The notes under the pieces are model-generated. The model had not been told where the DNA came from. It ran no database searches and was given only the letters and a program-made list of their open reading frames with translations. A stretch of 64,000 nucleotides of DNA from Tubiluchus corallicola (Eukaryota > Animalia > Priapulida): assembly GCA_030141605.1 (NCBI GenBank), contig JAQGDQ010000097.1, positions 372,001-436,000 on the forward strand, written 5' to 3'. A program made the translations under genes and the position numbers. Positions 1-14,344 of the stretch are shown here, piece by piece; position 1 is the first letter of the stretch; each line of letters begins with the position of its first letter.

Positions 1-151
1 AAGTACTTTTGATCACTTTAGGTTGTTTGGTTGCTTGACACATAAAAAATTAAAATATTAAAAATTCCCATAATAGTTCATGTATCTGAAATTTATTTTT
101 ACACACATATGTTAGCAATAAGCTTACATAATTCGCCACTATTATACTCAC

Positions 152-362
152 CATTATCTTCTAGACGTCCTAGTGTGCGATACCAAATCAGCTGCCGCGT
201 TTCCATTCTTATCGCAAAACTGCGCCTCTCTTTCTCTTTCTTTTTTGGATTCAACTTTTGCAAGTACATACCCCGTTCGAGTTTTTGCAACAAATGTTCC
301 AAGTTCTGAGGTCGTGGCGGCATTCCATTGAGAACACCCGCTCCGGGTTGGGAGAAACTCAT
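152..362 (-). CDS. PLCG1: Phospholipase C gamma, first coding exon (N-terminal PH domain); gene continues beyond the left edge
   Basis: ATG at 362. MSFSQPGAG...LLQKLERGMYLQKLNPKKKEKERRSFAIRMETRQLIW resembles the PLC-gamma N-terminus (human LEVGTVMTLFYSKKSQRPERKTFQVKLETRQITW, from memory). Phase-1 donor GTGAGT after 152; alternative GTAAGC after 128. Confidence 0.8.
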
Positions 363-2258
363 GACTGCAACCAAACTTATACGGTGTAATCGGCAAACTT
401 CAAACAGTCATTCACTTCAGAAGCTTAAACGAGTTATTCCGCTTCAACATGTATCACTATGTTTGGCGTAGAGCTGTTATTTATATTTCCTCATGTAATT
501 ATGACCTCCACACTGATACACGTGATGTCTTTGTCCTGAGTCATGTATGTTTTTATGCTGTGTGTTTTCCTGTATAATAATTTATAACTTATTATTTGAA
601 AAACTTTGTGCTAAGACTACAATAAATTGATTAATAATAAAATGAATTTCTGATAGCTCTTAAGTTTTAATGCCCTGCATAAAAGATAACAAACACACAC
701 TTTTAAGATGAAATATTTTAACCAATCTGGCCCAATTATTTTTTGGGCACACATGTAAACCTACATAAATCCCATAGGTATGGCAGCTGATGGTAATGCT
801 TAAATATTAAAAAGTATGCAAAATAATAGTCAATATTTTAATACATTCAAGGAATGCAATAAAAGAGTGCATCAGGGTTTTTACACAACATGGCCAGAAA
901 ATGCTAAATTAAGGCTTAATCAGGTGCTACACCTTATTGCCATTTCAAATGAAATTAGTTCATTACTTTTATGAATTATTGATTAAAGGAAAATAATAAT
1001 TTTAAAATATGTTTAAAAAATTAAACGTATATCACTGAATACCCAGTAAGAATCTAGTTTAGCAGACCATTGACAATTAAAATTTGTGCCAATTTATCGA
1101 CTTCTAACTCAGTACTTTAATGCAAATAAATTTACCATTAAGTCAAACATTTCAATAGTGCTTTTACAACAATAGACTGAAAAAAGGCAATTACGACAAT
1201 TACTGAATGATAGCTCAAGACTAAAGTGAATGAATAAAAATTAATCACAAATTAAGAGCCTTAGTACGCAAAAATTAAACAATATTTAATGTTTACATAA
1301 CTAAACATTTAAAATTTGGTCAGACTAAATCCTTCCTAGACTAACTGCTAAAATCATGATTCGCAGAATGCTTTAAAAAAAGTTTCGGTAATATATAAAG
1401 AATAATGTCACCAACCAAGCAATGATGAAGGCTTATTGTGAAGTGCCAAGTGACGTATGCCTAGGGTTTGAAAATCAAACCAAATAACCAACTGCGGCGA
1501 ACGTTGCTTACTAAAAAAGGAAGCGCGACAGTAATGCTGGAAAACCAAACTAATATTATGTCAGTAAAACACTTTAAGCTTTACACCTGTTCAATTCCAA
1601 TGTTCATGATCTCCTGTTGTTTTGATAAAATTATGATGAACGTCAGTATCCGGGGCGCTTCGCTCGGTTTGTACGTGCGATCGTTATTCGTCGTGCGCAA
1701 TAACTAGCAATAGTGTTGAAATCTATTGCCTGACAGTACTATTACAGAAAAGCAAGTTTTAAATAGCAGACAACAGCTACTAGTTTATGCAGTTCCGTAC
1801 ACTGGAGGACGATTTTAACACGTTACCATTTATTATTTTGCAATGGCAACACCACCACTAAGTGCGGCAGCGTCCAACTTCATTACAAACTTACCATTAT
1901 TATTTTGCAACGACAACATCAGCAGTTGGTAATGTTATCGCTGCCACCGCCGCTGCAACGACAATCAACAATTTTTTAACAAATAAGAGCAGATCAAGCG
2001 CAACATGCTACTTCTTCAAGTCGTGTTCTGTAATACTGCTTGCATTTTGCTATTTAGCCATAAATAATTGTAAGATGTAGATAAAAAGTTAATGAAGTAA
2101 GAACACTAATAATAATAAACGACTATACCCTATGCCAGTACCTTTCTTAAAATATATGTTAACATTGTTTGTTAAAAGATCAGTGGTTCTAAAGGGTGTC
2201 ACCCATTAATGGGTGTGCACAAAAATTATGCTACCAGGAGAAATTTTTCATATAATTA

Positions 2259-2702
2259 CCGTATTTTCCCGTGTATAAGAGACCCTTTTTTGCTCAGAAT
2301 TTTCACTTTAAAAATAGGGGGTCTCTTATACATGGGAGTAAGCCTTTTCAATAAGATGCATAAATTGTGACACTAATGATTTTAAAGAAATAAGTGCTCT
2401 ACAACTGTTTTGCGTGTCGCGTTCGACTATGAAGCGGTTGTAAGCAATACAAGCATCGTGACACAGACATTATCTCCTTTCCTGTTACAGGTTTGCAGGT
2501 ACGCACTTTAATATATACCAGTACTCTTTTTCTACAACACATTAACTGGTTTTATTTTGTTTTCAGTACCGCACTGAGTTGAAAAAAGTTGTACTTTACC
2601 CTCTAAAAATGTCCGTCTGAAAAAACTTTTTTCCAGAATTTTTGCCTAAAAATTGAAGGGGTCTCTTATACACAAGGGTCTCTTATACACGGGAAAATAC
2701 GG
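2259..2702. mobile_element. Tc1/mariner-pogo type MITE
   Basis: Perfect 29-bp terminal inverted repeats CCGTATTTTCCCGTGTATAAGAGACCCTT; TA on both flanks (2257-58, 2703-04); internal subterminal copies of GGGTCTCTTATACA; no ORF. Confidence 0.9.
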
Positions 2703-4097
2703 TACTATCCTTGCTGTTCACTAAAAAGAATATTAAACTAAAAGAAGCTACAGACACATCAAGTTAGTTAAAAAATGCAACAAAAACACAAATGCATTTT
2801 TCAAAGTTTCAAATTTTAACACTTGCAATACTTTATTAATAAATTACCAAAATAAGTTTTAATATATCATCAAAATTTTTGGCCTACTTTGTCATAAAAT
2901 GGATAAACAATATAAAAAATAATCTGCCACCAGTTCTAACAGCAAGCTAAATCTATAATAGCAACTTTAAATTTTAAGCACTTCTAAGTAATACTACTAT
3001 TCATAATGTTAATACTGAAGAATTCACTAATTTCTATACATTACTGATAGTCATTTCCCACAGTATATTAACGCAAATGCACCCGATTAACCTGATGGGA
3101 AATTAATATGTCACTATGCAAAATATATATTTAGTAAATAGTAAATCAGTTGTTTAAAACGCCAAAAAACAGCTGCAAAAAATCTTGCCAGAAACACTAA
3201 TTCATTTAGTTTAAATGGTTTAAACTAATAATTCAAATGTTTAATATTTGTATGTAAATGAGTGAAGCATTAGCAATTATAATTGATCCTACAAGCTCGA
3301 AATTCAAAACGTCTGTGGTAAGGCAGCGCTAGTAAACCACATATTTTTAATGTGAACACCACGGTAAACAGCTTATGTCAATTATCATGTTCAATTAATT
3401 GTCGTAGAGGCTTACTATAACATCACCACGTGCCTGTCACAGTTTCATTTTCTATGTTTATATCCATTTTTGATGTCCATCATAGTAAGCTACAGAGTAG
3501 CTATAGAGTAGGACAATAAAAGCTCTAAGATACACATGGAAAGACCCACCTTAAAAAGGTCTTACAAAATTTCCTATGCAGATCACTAAATAATCCTAAA
3601 AAGTATGTACAACACAGAATAATGACAGTAAATAAAAATCTACTTTAAATATAGTTAAACTACTAAACATAACTTAAAGAAATGGCTACCTTCCCAGGGA
3701 ATCTCGAAAAACGAAAAATGCTTCAAATTGTGAACGTGCAAAGCCCAAGTTCAAAAACTACCTAAATAGTACAATAACAATAGCAACTTCCTGTCAACCT
3801 CATTGTTTATGCAACTTAACTAATAAACTCAATTTGCAATCTTTCATCTTAATATGCATTATTAATGACTAGACAGTAATTGATTGATGATCAAACTTTG
3901 GTTTGTCACATGATTTTCTACATTTGACTTCAAAATTATTTACATGAAAAATTCAGACACATGGTCTCTTGCTTTTTGTTATCTATGTCTGATGTGAAAG
4001 ATGCACCTCCTCTAACAAATGGACTAAAAGGCAATTAATGCAATTTTATATTGAAAGCACTGAAAACTTGGGTCAGCACTGACTATTTGCAGAAATA

Positions 4098-4286
4098 CAG
4101 TCAAACCTCTTTATAACACCTACTTTGGGACTGCAAAAAAGTCGGAATTATAGTAAGTTAGTCATTATAACGAGGTGAACTAATAGGTACATCTCTATGC
4201 AAATATGGACATTTTGTTTTGGTACAAATTTGGGCATTAAACGAGGATGCCATCATAAAGGGGTGTGTTATGATGGGGTATGTTTG
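4098..4286. mobile_element. Degenerate pogo/Tigger-like MITE
   Basis: TA|CAGTCAAACCTCTTTATAAC left end and a degenerate GTTATGATGGGGTATGTTTG|TA right end. Confidence 0.45.
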
Positions 4287-4675
4287 TAAGTTGAATAGTA
4301 CACATAACTATCATAGAACTAATTTAACAAAACATAATGCAAAAAAATTTTTCAATATTATCCCAAATGCAATTGCACTAGTATTATCACAGGAAATTAA
4401 AGAAAAGCGCGTTAACATTAATTCAAGTAGTCAAGCTATTTCAGAAGTGCTACTTATTGGCCTGTTTGCATTCCAAATGGAATGTAAATGCAATTTATAG
4501 CTGGCAAGTTTCCATTCCAAACAAATTTGTTTTTAACATATTTTTCCATGACCTAGTGATTAATAAATTTCATGGCAGCTGCTAAACTAAATTACTTTTA
4601 AGCTGTCACCAACAAGCTATGATTTTTCCCATTCTTTGGCAAAAGATAAGAAATTTCTCTATTTTAAAACATGTC

Positions 4676-7600
4676 TCATCGGTTATCTTCTCTGAGCAAA
4701 GTGCTGGCATCAGATGCCCCCTGTCTACTACCACGTCGACGGTAATACAACTGCAAAAACCATGTTATTATAGGCACTAATATAAATAGGCACACTATGC
4801 CACCAAGAATGCAGACTCCAACCATCATTATGGTCGTGATTTGGTCAACAGATGAGTAAGAGCAATCATTCGTATCACCTGAAAACAGAAAGTAACATCA
4901 TTCATGAACAATTTATCTCAGGAACAAGCAAACTACAGGCAGTGCATCACAATTCATGATTTTGACACAGCTGTAACACACGTCAAAATATTTAAAAACT
5001 ATTATTTTCATATTACTATATATATATAAAACTATATTTCATAAAACTATATATTACTTGCATTACAATGTCCAGAACACTAGAAAGCCAAAAAGAGGCC
5101 AATTCTCCATAAACATCCACAAAGTCACATCAGTAATCATCAATGGAAATATGATAAGCTCATTTTGTCAATCATAACTGGAACCCAGAATACTAAGCTT
5201 CTAAGCTATTTTAATGGTATTAAAATGAACTAATAAAGACTTACCTTCATATATAAATGGCCCTTCTATGTAAGGTTCTTGCACAAATGAATCCATAGAA
5301 TCACATGTAGATTGCGCAAAACCAATCCTTTGATTTTCACGGTCAAATATGATGTAAAACCCTTCCAAGATCACTGCACCTATCACAGTACCTGTATAAA
5401 AAAATAAACGATTTTCGCCTTCGTTAGCACTGACTTTTTTATCAATACATAAGCTAGAAATTACCAATGTACCATCCACCTAGAAACAAGGAAATTAAGT
5501 GAATGCACAATGTATCACGAAATTAGATTTTATTGAAAACAAAAGACACATGACTCAAATCAAAAGGCACGTGGCATTAAAGTCCAAAAGAATTACAGTC
5601 ATTGAAATGAGAACCTACTGATTGTAACCAGACGTGTTAACCATTTATGCCACACAGTGGCCAGCAGCCACATACTAGCATCCGTAATGCTCAGGATGCG
5701 TGATCAACACCGGAGCTAAGAAAGATTACTTCTTTGTCACGATAATTATAACTATTCTGAACAAAAATAAAATCAGTTAATTGGTAACTATTATTGTTTT
5801 CCTTGGACTGATTAACAAAACTAAATCAAGAAAATCATCAAGTTCAATTACCGCCTAATTAACCTTTCCAGCTGCAGAAATCAATAGTTACACTATTTTA
5901 AAGCATTTTTTTAATTTTGTACATTATTCCCTAGCAAACAAACACAGAGTGTTAAAAAGTTTGTTGCACTTCCACTAATAACAAACATATATCATTCTTA
6001 CATCTTCCTAAGAAATTTGCAAAATCTAACAAAATCTTAGAAATATGGTGCATGTCTTTACCTGAATCAGAAAAAGCTATAGAAAACTTGAAGCAGTCTT
6101 CAGCTGAGTCGCTGCTCACAACCCTCAAATATTGCTGTAAATACATAAATGCAAAACAATACTTCAATATGCCCTTCAGTCAATTAAAAAGAATTTAAAC
6201 AAAGGTTCTACATCCAAAACTTATGAACGTTACTAAGGCAATCAACAATATCAAAATGGTTCTGCAGGAAGCACTTACAATTGCCATTGTGAGACTATCC
6301 AAAATTCCTGCCTTAAGCATTCTCGTAATTCTATTGCATATTCGTGACAATAGCAAATAATGCATGATGTATCCAGCTAGGAGATTTGACTTCAAGAGTG
6401 AATGAAACTACTGAGCATTATCCATATTTTGTAAAAATGACTACTTGCCATCAAACCCAGAACTTCTTGCTTACATTAATAAGGTCTTTATTTGAGTGAG
6501 TAACCTAACCACCATGTACTTTCAGTTTGCTGGTACATAACTTTACACATACAATTATTATGTAGTTATGCATGATTTACTGGCTTGTCTTCAGTTCTGT
6601 TATAAAAAAAGCAACCATAAAGTGGTGTCTCGATGTGCAATCTACTCTGGTTAAAAACCCCAATTTTTGAAAATTTTTGTAAAACTTACATCGGTTATAC
6701 TTGTTAGTTCTTCGCTAATGTTTAAATCTATCTCTTCACAACATTTTTTCTGCTAATTTATCTTACTAATCATATTATATTTAGCTAAGTCCGAAATGTC
6801 TATGTAAAAAATAAATTTATTTCAATTATAATTTTGGTTGTTGTTAGAGTAATAGTTCTAGTTTAGCTATAATCCTTTCAGGAAGGGTGGTGGAACACAC
6901 CTGCGTTGAGCCAGATGATGTAAGGCAGGTGGCGTACCGCAATTGCTCTCTTCCGAACCTACCCAATTGACACTTTTTAAAAACCACTTTTAACTGTAAA
7001 CTACTTTTTAAAAACACCTCCACCTGGCTAAGCTTTACGACAAAAGCTCAAATTTCATTATGAGAAACTTTTCACTAGAAAGACCTCAGAACATACAGAT
7101 CATTGCTATTACACCATCAATTGTTCCCTGCTACGTAGGTGATAATTATAAGAACATTAATCTGTTACTATTTTTAGAACGGTAAAGAACTGTACACAAC
7201 ACAGTATATAGAATATTGCTCATTATTAATTCTAACAGTGATTTCATTTTCAAGTTAGATACAGCTAGTAACTTTCAAAATAGACAAGTAGTGCTTTGTA
7301 TGTATTATCCACAAATAAAATTAACTGGATAAATAATCACAAAAACGTTTACTAATAAAAACGACGAAGGGAGTAGTGGTTTCCCAGAATATTGTTATTA
7401 TTAATAAATCTTCTTGCTATTAACTGTTTCTTTATTTTTGTAGTTTGTTACATTATTTTTTTTCAGGACCATTACTAATTAGTTATTAATCTAGCAAATT
7501 AACCAATAAACAAAACAATTGTCTTACCTGTGGAACAATGTGTAATTTAAATGTTGAATTTGCATCCTGTGCAACTGAGAGTGACAAGTTTGGAAAATCT

Positions 7601-10600
7601 GACCACGGAACCATGTACACTGGCCAACAAATTAATTTATTTCCACTCCAGAAATCCTCGAGCGGTTTCTCTTCAAGCTAAAACATTATATATATATGTC
7701 AGACTCCCAGGTGGATTTACACATGGCTGCCAAAATAAGTAAGGTGTTAAAATATGCAATGTAACTTAGGTTAGGGTCATAAAATGATCAACAGAAACAT
7801 TTAAGTAAGCGTAAAAAGGTAATTTTGTACATGTTAAATTTACCTTAAAACATTTCGAATTAGGGGTTTCGTTTTGATTGCTCGTTAGTTTGTATGTATG
7901 GCGGGAAAATAAAATAATCATAAAATTATCTAGGAAGTTAGTTAGATTTAGTTTACCAATTTAAACTAATAGTACAAATTTATGGAGTTCTCTGCTAGCT
8001 CAAATTATTGACTTATTTGTTTTTTACAGCAACAACTAAAGCATCAAGACTACCAACCGCTCCACATAATAGTCGTTAAAAATGACTGACATTACACAAA
8101 TGATCAGTATTCACAAATTGCTCTGCTTTAAATTTGCGTTGACAACACCCACAAACCAGAAAAATTCTCTAATTACTGAACCACATTTAAAATAATAACC
8201 TCATAATAATTAAATCAATTTTATTACATTTGTTTGTGCATTTGTAAATTATAGCTGCTTTACAACATCAGACACTATGAAGCATACCGTAAGATGAGAT
8301 TTGATTGACTCTATCACTTTGGTAAAAACCGGCAGCGGCAAACGCAAATTTGTCGTTCCACTGTCAACAATTGTCTTATCACTGTTGAGTTCTTCACATT
8401 TCACAGGAACTTCATCACCATTGACTTCAATACTAGTGAGAAGTATTTCGTAATACCACTCCTTTACTATAGGACTATACAAAAGAGGTTCTTTATAAAG
8501 TTTTTCATCCACTCCACCTAATACCTAGCAAAAACATAACAAAATGCTACTTCAAAATCTCAAAGCTGTGTCTAGGAACAGGACAAAAGTAAAAAAAAAA
8601 CAGCTGAAATGATATATATTACTCTGAACTTGTTTTCTGTCAAGTGTTAAAAAAATTCATTTCATACAATAGGTCATATTAAAAAACGAGAACTGGTACT
8701 GTAAAAGCAGGAATATACTATAGCCCTAAACTTTGCCTTTGTTGACTAATAAAATGCTATGCTGTCACCAAATCTGGTTTCAAAATTTAGCTTATGATTG
8801 CACACTCGATAACAATGGCAGCTCTTTAGAAAAATGGCTGTTAATGTACAACTATTGGTTAGCTCATTTAACCACCCTTACCAATTTAAAAAGCATTAAA
8901 GTCACCACCATCACTACTATTACCATCGGTAATTGTCAATCGTCACTACTCACAGCTGAATGAGACCGATTCTTTCATTTGCATTAGCAAAAGTGTAAAA
9001 AACAGCGGACTTGCGAAATCATATGTAAGAATATTCAGTTTTCAGTATGGTAATTCAAACTAATTATACTGAAACTACTGCAAGTAACGTATCTTTGTTT
9101 TTTAAGTGAAAAACAGCTACATTAATGGAAGAATTATTGCTCACAAGTGTTCCACTTAACCAAGATTCATTCGGAATGCCACTTGTCTCTATTCCACACA
9201 ACTGTAGAGAAAAAATGTCGTCTAAGTCATGCTGTTTGACTAATGAATCAAAAAATGGCGTGACATCCTCATCCGGCTGAAAATTGAAACAAATAATCAC
9301 TGCAAATACAATTGAAATTCGCACGCTATTCCGACAACATACCATTTTTATTATATTGGTTCATCTAATTAGGCATCCCATTTGTACATTTAACAGTTCA
9401 TTAGAGACATAAGAAGATGAGCCACATGTTATAAACAATCCTAGAGATACAGGTCAAAATTCCCCTAAAAATGCCAATTCCCAGTTTCCTACATTTTAGT
9501 TGGCGTTTCGAACTTTAAATTATGGCAATTCATTTTTAAAAACGTAATGCATGTATACTGCACAATTGTACAGCAGCATGTATACTGAGCTACAATTCCA
9601 CAGCAGCAAACCACAACCAACACACTAACTTATGGACTGGCCTAAATGCACTTCTACCCTTATTACAATGGAGAAGCTTGTTGACAGATTTCGATACTAC
9701 ATAGTCTGTACACTAGATTTATTCATATTAATTATATAACACAACTGTTTATATACTAATATAATAAATGTCTGACAAATATAATAACAGCTTACAAATT
9801 TACCCTGGCAATAGCACTATAACCCATCCCTAATATCCCTTCCCAGTTTGATCCATTGATAAAGAAGTCTATGGAGTGGGTTATACAAGCTACATTAGCA
9901 ATGACAGAAAGATTTCCATGGTCTACTGGATGGATGATGTCCGTTGCCATTAAACCTTGCCACATACCCTGTGTGTACGGTACTGTTATCTTCTCTCCAC
10001 TTGTTATGAAAGACGATGAACTGTGCAGAATATTAAAAGAGAAAATTAGCCTTAAACCAAATTTGGCAAGAGAGGCTGTAAAAAAGCAGCAACTGTGTCA
10101 GAAAATAGGTAAAATATTTAAAAATGAGTATTTAAAATTGGAAGTGTACGAAACCATACATGTATGCTGTCTTTTCTTTAAGTATAGCTAATATTTATAT
10201 TAATAAGTTGTATATTATATTTATATTATTAGTTTGAAATTTAGTAGCTATTACAGCCATGCATATTTTCAGTCTAGCATTATAAAATAAAAGCTGCTAA
10301 AAGAAACACATAGAACTTACATTTGTGAATTTAAAGCACTTAAATGCTAGTGAAGAATATAGTGCAAAAAGGATGTTAATTATGTGAGTGACCACAGGTT
10401 ACACAATAGGTGAACATTTCCAAATGTTTTAGTGTCATTTGCAGCAATTACATAAAATCACATGTAATACATGTGTAGCATGTACACTGTGTGGCACAGT
10501 GCAGAATAGCAGAATATGAGGCTTCCAGCTACAGATCTTTATGCTTATATGGTATTTGATAAAAGCTGGTAATACTGTTAAACAAACAGCTGGCTAAGAT

Positions 10601-12568
10601 CACAGTTGTGATATACATATATATATATATGTGTGTGTGTTTGCAGAAATCTTAATTACCTTATATATATATATTAAGATTTCAGCAACCATTGTTTCTT
10701 AACACATTGACTCGTTCACTCATTCTAAGAAAAGAGGATGATTCTTCCGACCGATAATACTGATAACATATTTCTGATAATTAAACATTACCTTAGAAAC
10801 TTAGTTAGCAATGATATCACAACTGAACACGATTTTCAAACTGCAAAAACATTCTGCGAACATGTTATATGTTTACAAAAGCGAAATAGTGATATTGTGC
10901 AGCACTGAGAACTTAGGCTTACACCAATTCAGCACTTTAATTTTAAGTTAAAAATTAAAAACCCAGGCCTACTGCTGTTCAAACATGCAATTTCACCACA
11001 AGTGTGTTCTATATCAAAACTAAACTGAGAGATACAGTGCCTTATGTTTGGGTAATGCATTTCTGAGATGTAGGTGCTGCATCTATCTAACTAGTGAATG
11101 GGAAATGTATATGACAGTGAAAAACTAGCAGTACAAAAAAAAATAAACTTCTGTGGTAATCGTCCTTTCACGTAAATTATTCTTGAAGAAACAATATTTT
11201 CCCTTTCAATATTTTTTACATGTGCAATCATTCTAAGCTATGATTTAACATTGGATCCAGTGCTCCCTGAAAAATGGAAGACATCACTGCAAGCTAGCTG
11301 TGGATTCTAGTGTTTAAACACAGAACACATTGTTCAAATAATAAACTGTTGATAAAAAAGGCTCATTTAAAAAGCTATACCTGTTCACATTAAAATAAGT
11401 TGAGATATAAGGATGTCTGGATGCAGCCACAGCTAAATTGCTGCTCCCCGTGTCCAATAATACGCTTAGCTGAAATAAATAAAGATGATCAAAAACTTAC
11501 CTAGAATTTACAATACACTCAAGTGTAAAAATCACTTTATTATTAATATGTTATGCAGATTTATTCAAAATAAATCATGTCATACATTCAAAACAAAGAA
11601 AATAATTTTGTTTAAGTTGTTAATGTGGTCACTTATGTTAAAAAAATACTAGAAATTTCAAACATTTTCACACTAACTACTGACAGGGGAGCTATTGCCA
11701 CCTTGATTACCATCTCATTAATCAGTGTTTCGCAAACATTTTCATAAAAGAAAGCAATATGATTTTTCATAGTACTTACAATTTAGCTTACAATTTACTT
11801 TTAACTATACCTTTTGGAAAAATATAAGAATTTTAAAACTAGATTATAAAATGCTAAATCTACAGGTTTAAATAACATTAAGATGTAGATGTACATGTGA
11901 GATCTTCTGTTTTCATAAATTCACACAAGAGAGTTGGTCACAACAAATTACACAAAATTGCTGTCATCTTATATTTATATATTTACTTTATCAATTTTTG
12001 CACAATATACTTACTACAGTTTACACAAGTTATTGCTTAAGCAAGTAAGCATCCTTCTAGTGTTGTACAAAAAGGAAACCAATCCATATTACATAGTTTA
12101 AAGACCCCTTTTTTTATTTGAAAGATAGTAATAACCGTATATACTAGTATTGCAAAAATGAATTTTAATTTATATAAATCTCTATAGAAATAGATGGGTA
12201 ACTAGTCATATTAGGTAAAGTGCAATTGAATTGATACACAAGTCTAAAATCTGACATTAACTATTTCTCAAAGACAGAAAAAAGCTTACCTTTTGAGGAG
12301 GAGTTCCTATGTTAATGTCCACAAAATATCCTTGTCCTGGTTTACCACGCAAGGTATTTTGAGAAGGTTCACCATTTCTTTTATGATTTTTTTCTATTTC
12401 ACCTTGTTTTCTTAGTGATCCAACTATACTATCACTGGTTTCATATGTCACAGGAGGTTCTACAATAGCAGCCCTTAAAGGAATTTGAAAGACTTCGGCC
12501 ATTGCATGAACACAAAGCACCACCAATAAAATTATGCCAACATGTTTCTCTGCAAACCAACTCATCAT
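4676..12568 (-). CDS. BACE1: Beta-secretase (BACE family) membrane aspartic protease, about 508 aa, 9 exons
   Basis: Exons 12568-12290, 11469-11381, 10020-9804, 9276-9145, 8524-8288, 7677-7528, 6134-6062, 5391-5245, 4878-4676; all GT-AG, 1527 nt in frame. Signal peptide, LRGKPGQGYFV, catalytic DTGSSN and DSGTT, VPYTQG, FFINGSNWEGILG, PFFDSLVKQ, FSLQLCG, EWYYEI, FDRENQRIGFA, C-terminal TM helix and dileucine tail. The symbol denotes a BACE1/2 co-ortholog. Confidence 0.95.
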
Positions 12569-14344
12569 GGCTTTAGTGTTTGAACGTGATGTGCATAACG
12601 ACTATTAAGAAGATTCACTCATTCAGTCTGTTCACCAAGAAGATCTTTCAACTCTTTATCACTGAAACTCGTTTCTGATTATATTACTTATGTAATTTCA
12701 ATGACTTGACTATTTTAATGCATGTATTGATTTACGAACTCTTCAAAGGTAATGGCCAGCATTCACCTAATGTCTCTTCAAAGATGTACTTCAAAAGAAA
12801 GGGAGGCATTATTTAGTTCACATATAATTAATATACCACTGCAAGTGCGTAACATTAAATGTTCAAATTATTTTCACTAAGTCTAGTGATATGCTGCATA
12901 TCAATTGCCTAAGACAATTACGTATATTGGTGTCGAACTTGTCGACATGTCGAACAGCAATGCATTTTAATATTATTTTCATGAATTTCTTGCAGTAAGA
13001 ACAAATTTCACTATATCCTGTAGGCAAAGTGGAAACCACCAACTAGCGTCGCGCCAGTGATTTCACATCGATTTTATTTTGCATTGTGTGCGACCAATTT
13101 GTCAAAGCATCAGCCACTTTTAATTAATTTTTTCTTTAAATATACTAAAAGTAGTTTAAGAACAGAAGATAGACACTATAGCTATCTTTTAGATCAGTTG
13201 TTGTTGACTTAAGTAGACTTTCACTTTTTGATAGGCACTTATAAGTAGGTGATGCACTTACTTCTGGTTGTTTCACCAAATCATCTATTTTACGAGTATT
13301 TGCATGTAACTTGTTTTTCTGCTCGTTGTTTGTGCAAAGGATTAAATAAATAATTAAATAAAATTGAACATATTTGTTGTTTTTAGCAACAAAAATGTGT
13401 AAGACTAGATTAATTAACACTAGTGAAGAAGTACAGGAGCAACGATTAGTCTCTATGGTCTAGACCATTAAACAGTTTGGGTAGAAGTCAAGTCAGGCTG
13501 TTTTTGCTGTGCATGTAAAAAATGTTTTCACAAGACTGATAAGTTGTTCTGCCAACGAAAACTTTTGTCAGCTGCGTGTCTGCTACAAAGCAGTTGCAGA
13601 TCGAAACTTAATGCTCAACAGCAGTGTCTACTTTTATGTTAATTGCAATGTAAGCAGAAATATCTCCATTAAGTCATTATCTAGAATAATCTTTAATGAG
13701 GAGATGCTTAACTGGTAAAGGTATGTAAACCACATTCATTAAATTTTGTGTGATAACTCTCACAATACACTATATGGTTCACTGAAGAGGGATCAGGGCA
13801 TATAACTCAGTACCAAAAATAATGTCTGGCAATATATATCAAACACTGTTATGATAAGTGTCGTACTCTTCTTCATACTAATTACTGCAATAAGTATAGT
13901 ATTTAGTGTAATAGTAATAGGAGCAGTATGGCAGCAGAACTCCACAGAAGTCGGTTTCTAGCAGTCACACATAAACCATGGGTCTGTGACAACTTATCCC
14001 GTCATATCTAAACAAACCGCCCTAAAATATTAGGCACTTTAGAGAAAAAAATACAAGCAGTTGCGTTCTCTCCCTCGCACCATCTAGGTTACCATGGTTT
14101 CCCTTCTGCAACGAAGTGGGTTATCCCCTGTTTTTTTTAATCTATTAGTGCAGAATGGAATTTTTTACAATTAACAACAGTGTCAATAATAATACTGTAG
14201 TACAAAATGGTAATAATGCAATATAACACTAATGTATACTGAACACTCAAAAATTCATAAATTAAAATCGTATAATACAAAGCACCAAACTTCAATGTCT
14301 AAAGTTGAAAAGTTTGCTGAAAAAAGCTATTAAATGTGGATCAG

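Noticed and set aside
9856-10191. 111-aa plus-strand ORF
   Set aside because: Antisense to BACE exon 3, with no independent motif.
13920-14140. Possible tRNA-derived SINE
   Set aside because: No recognisable A/B boxes or second copy in the window.
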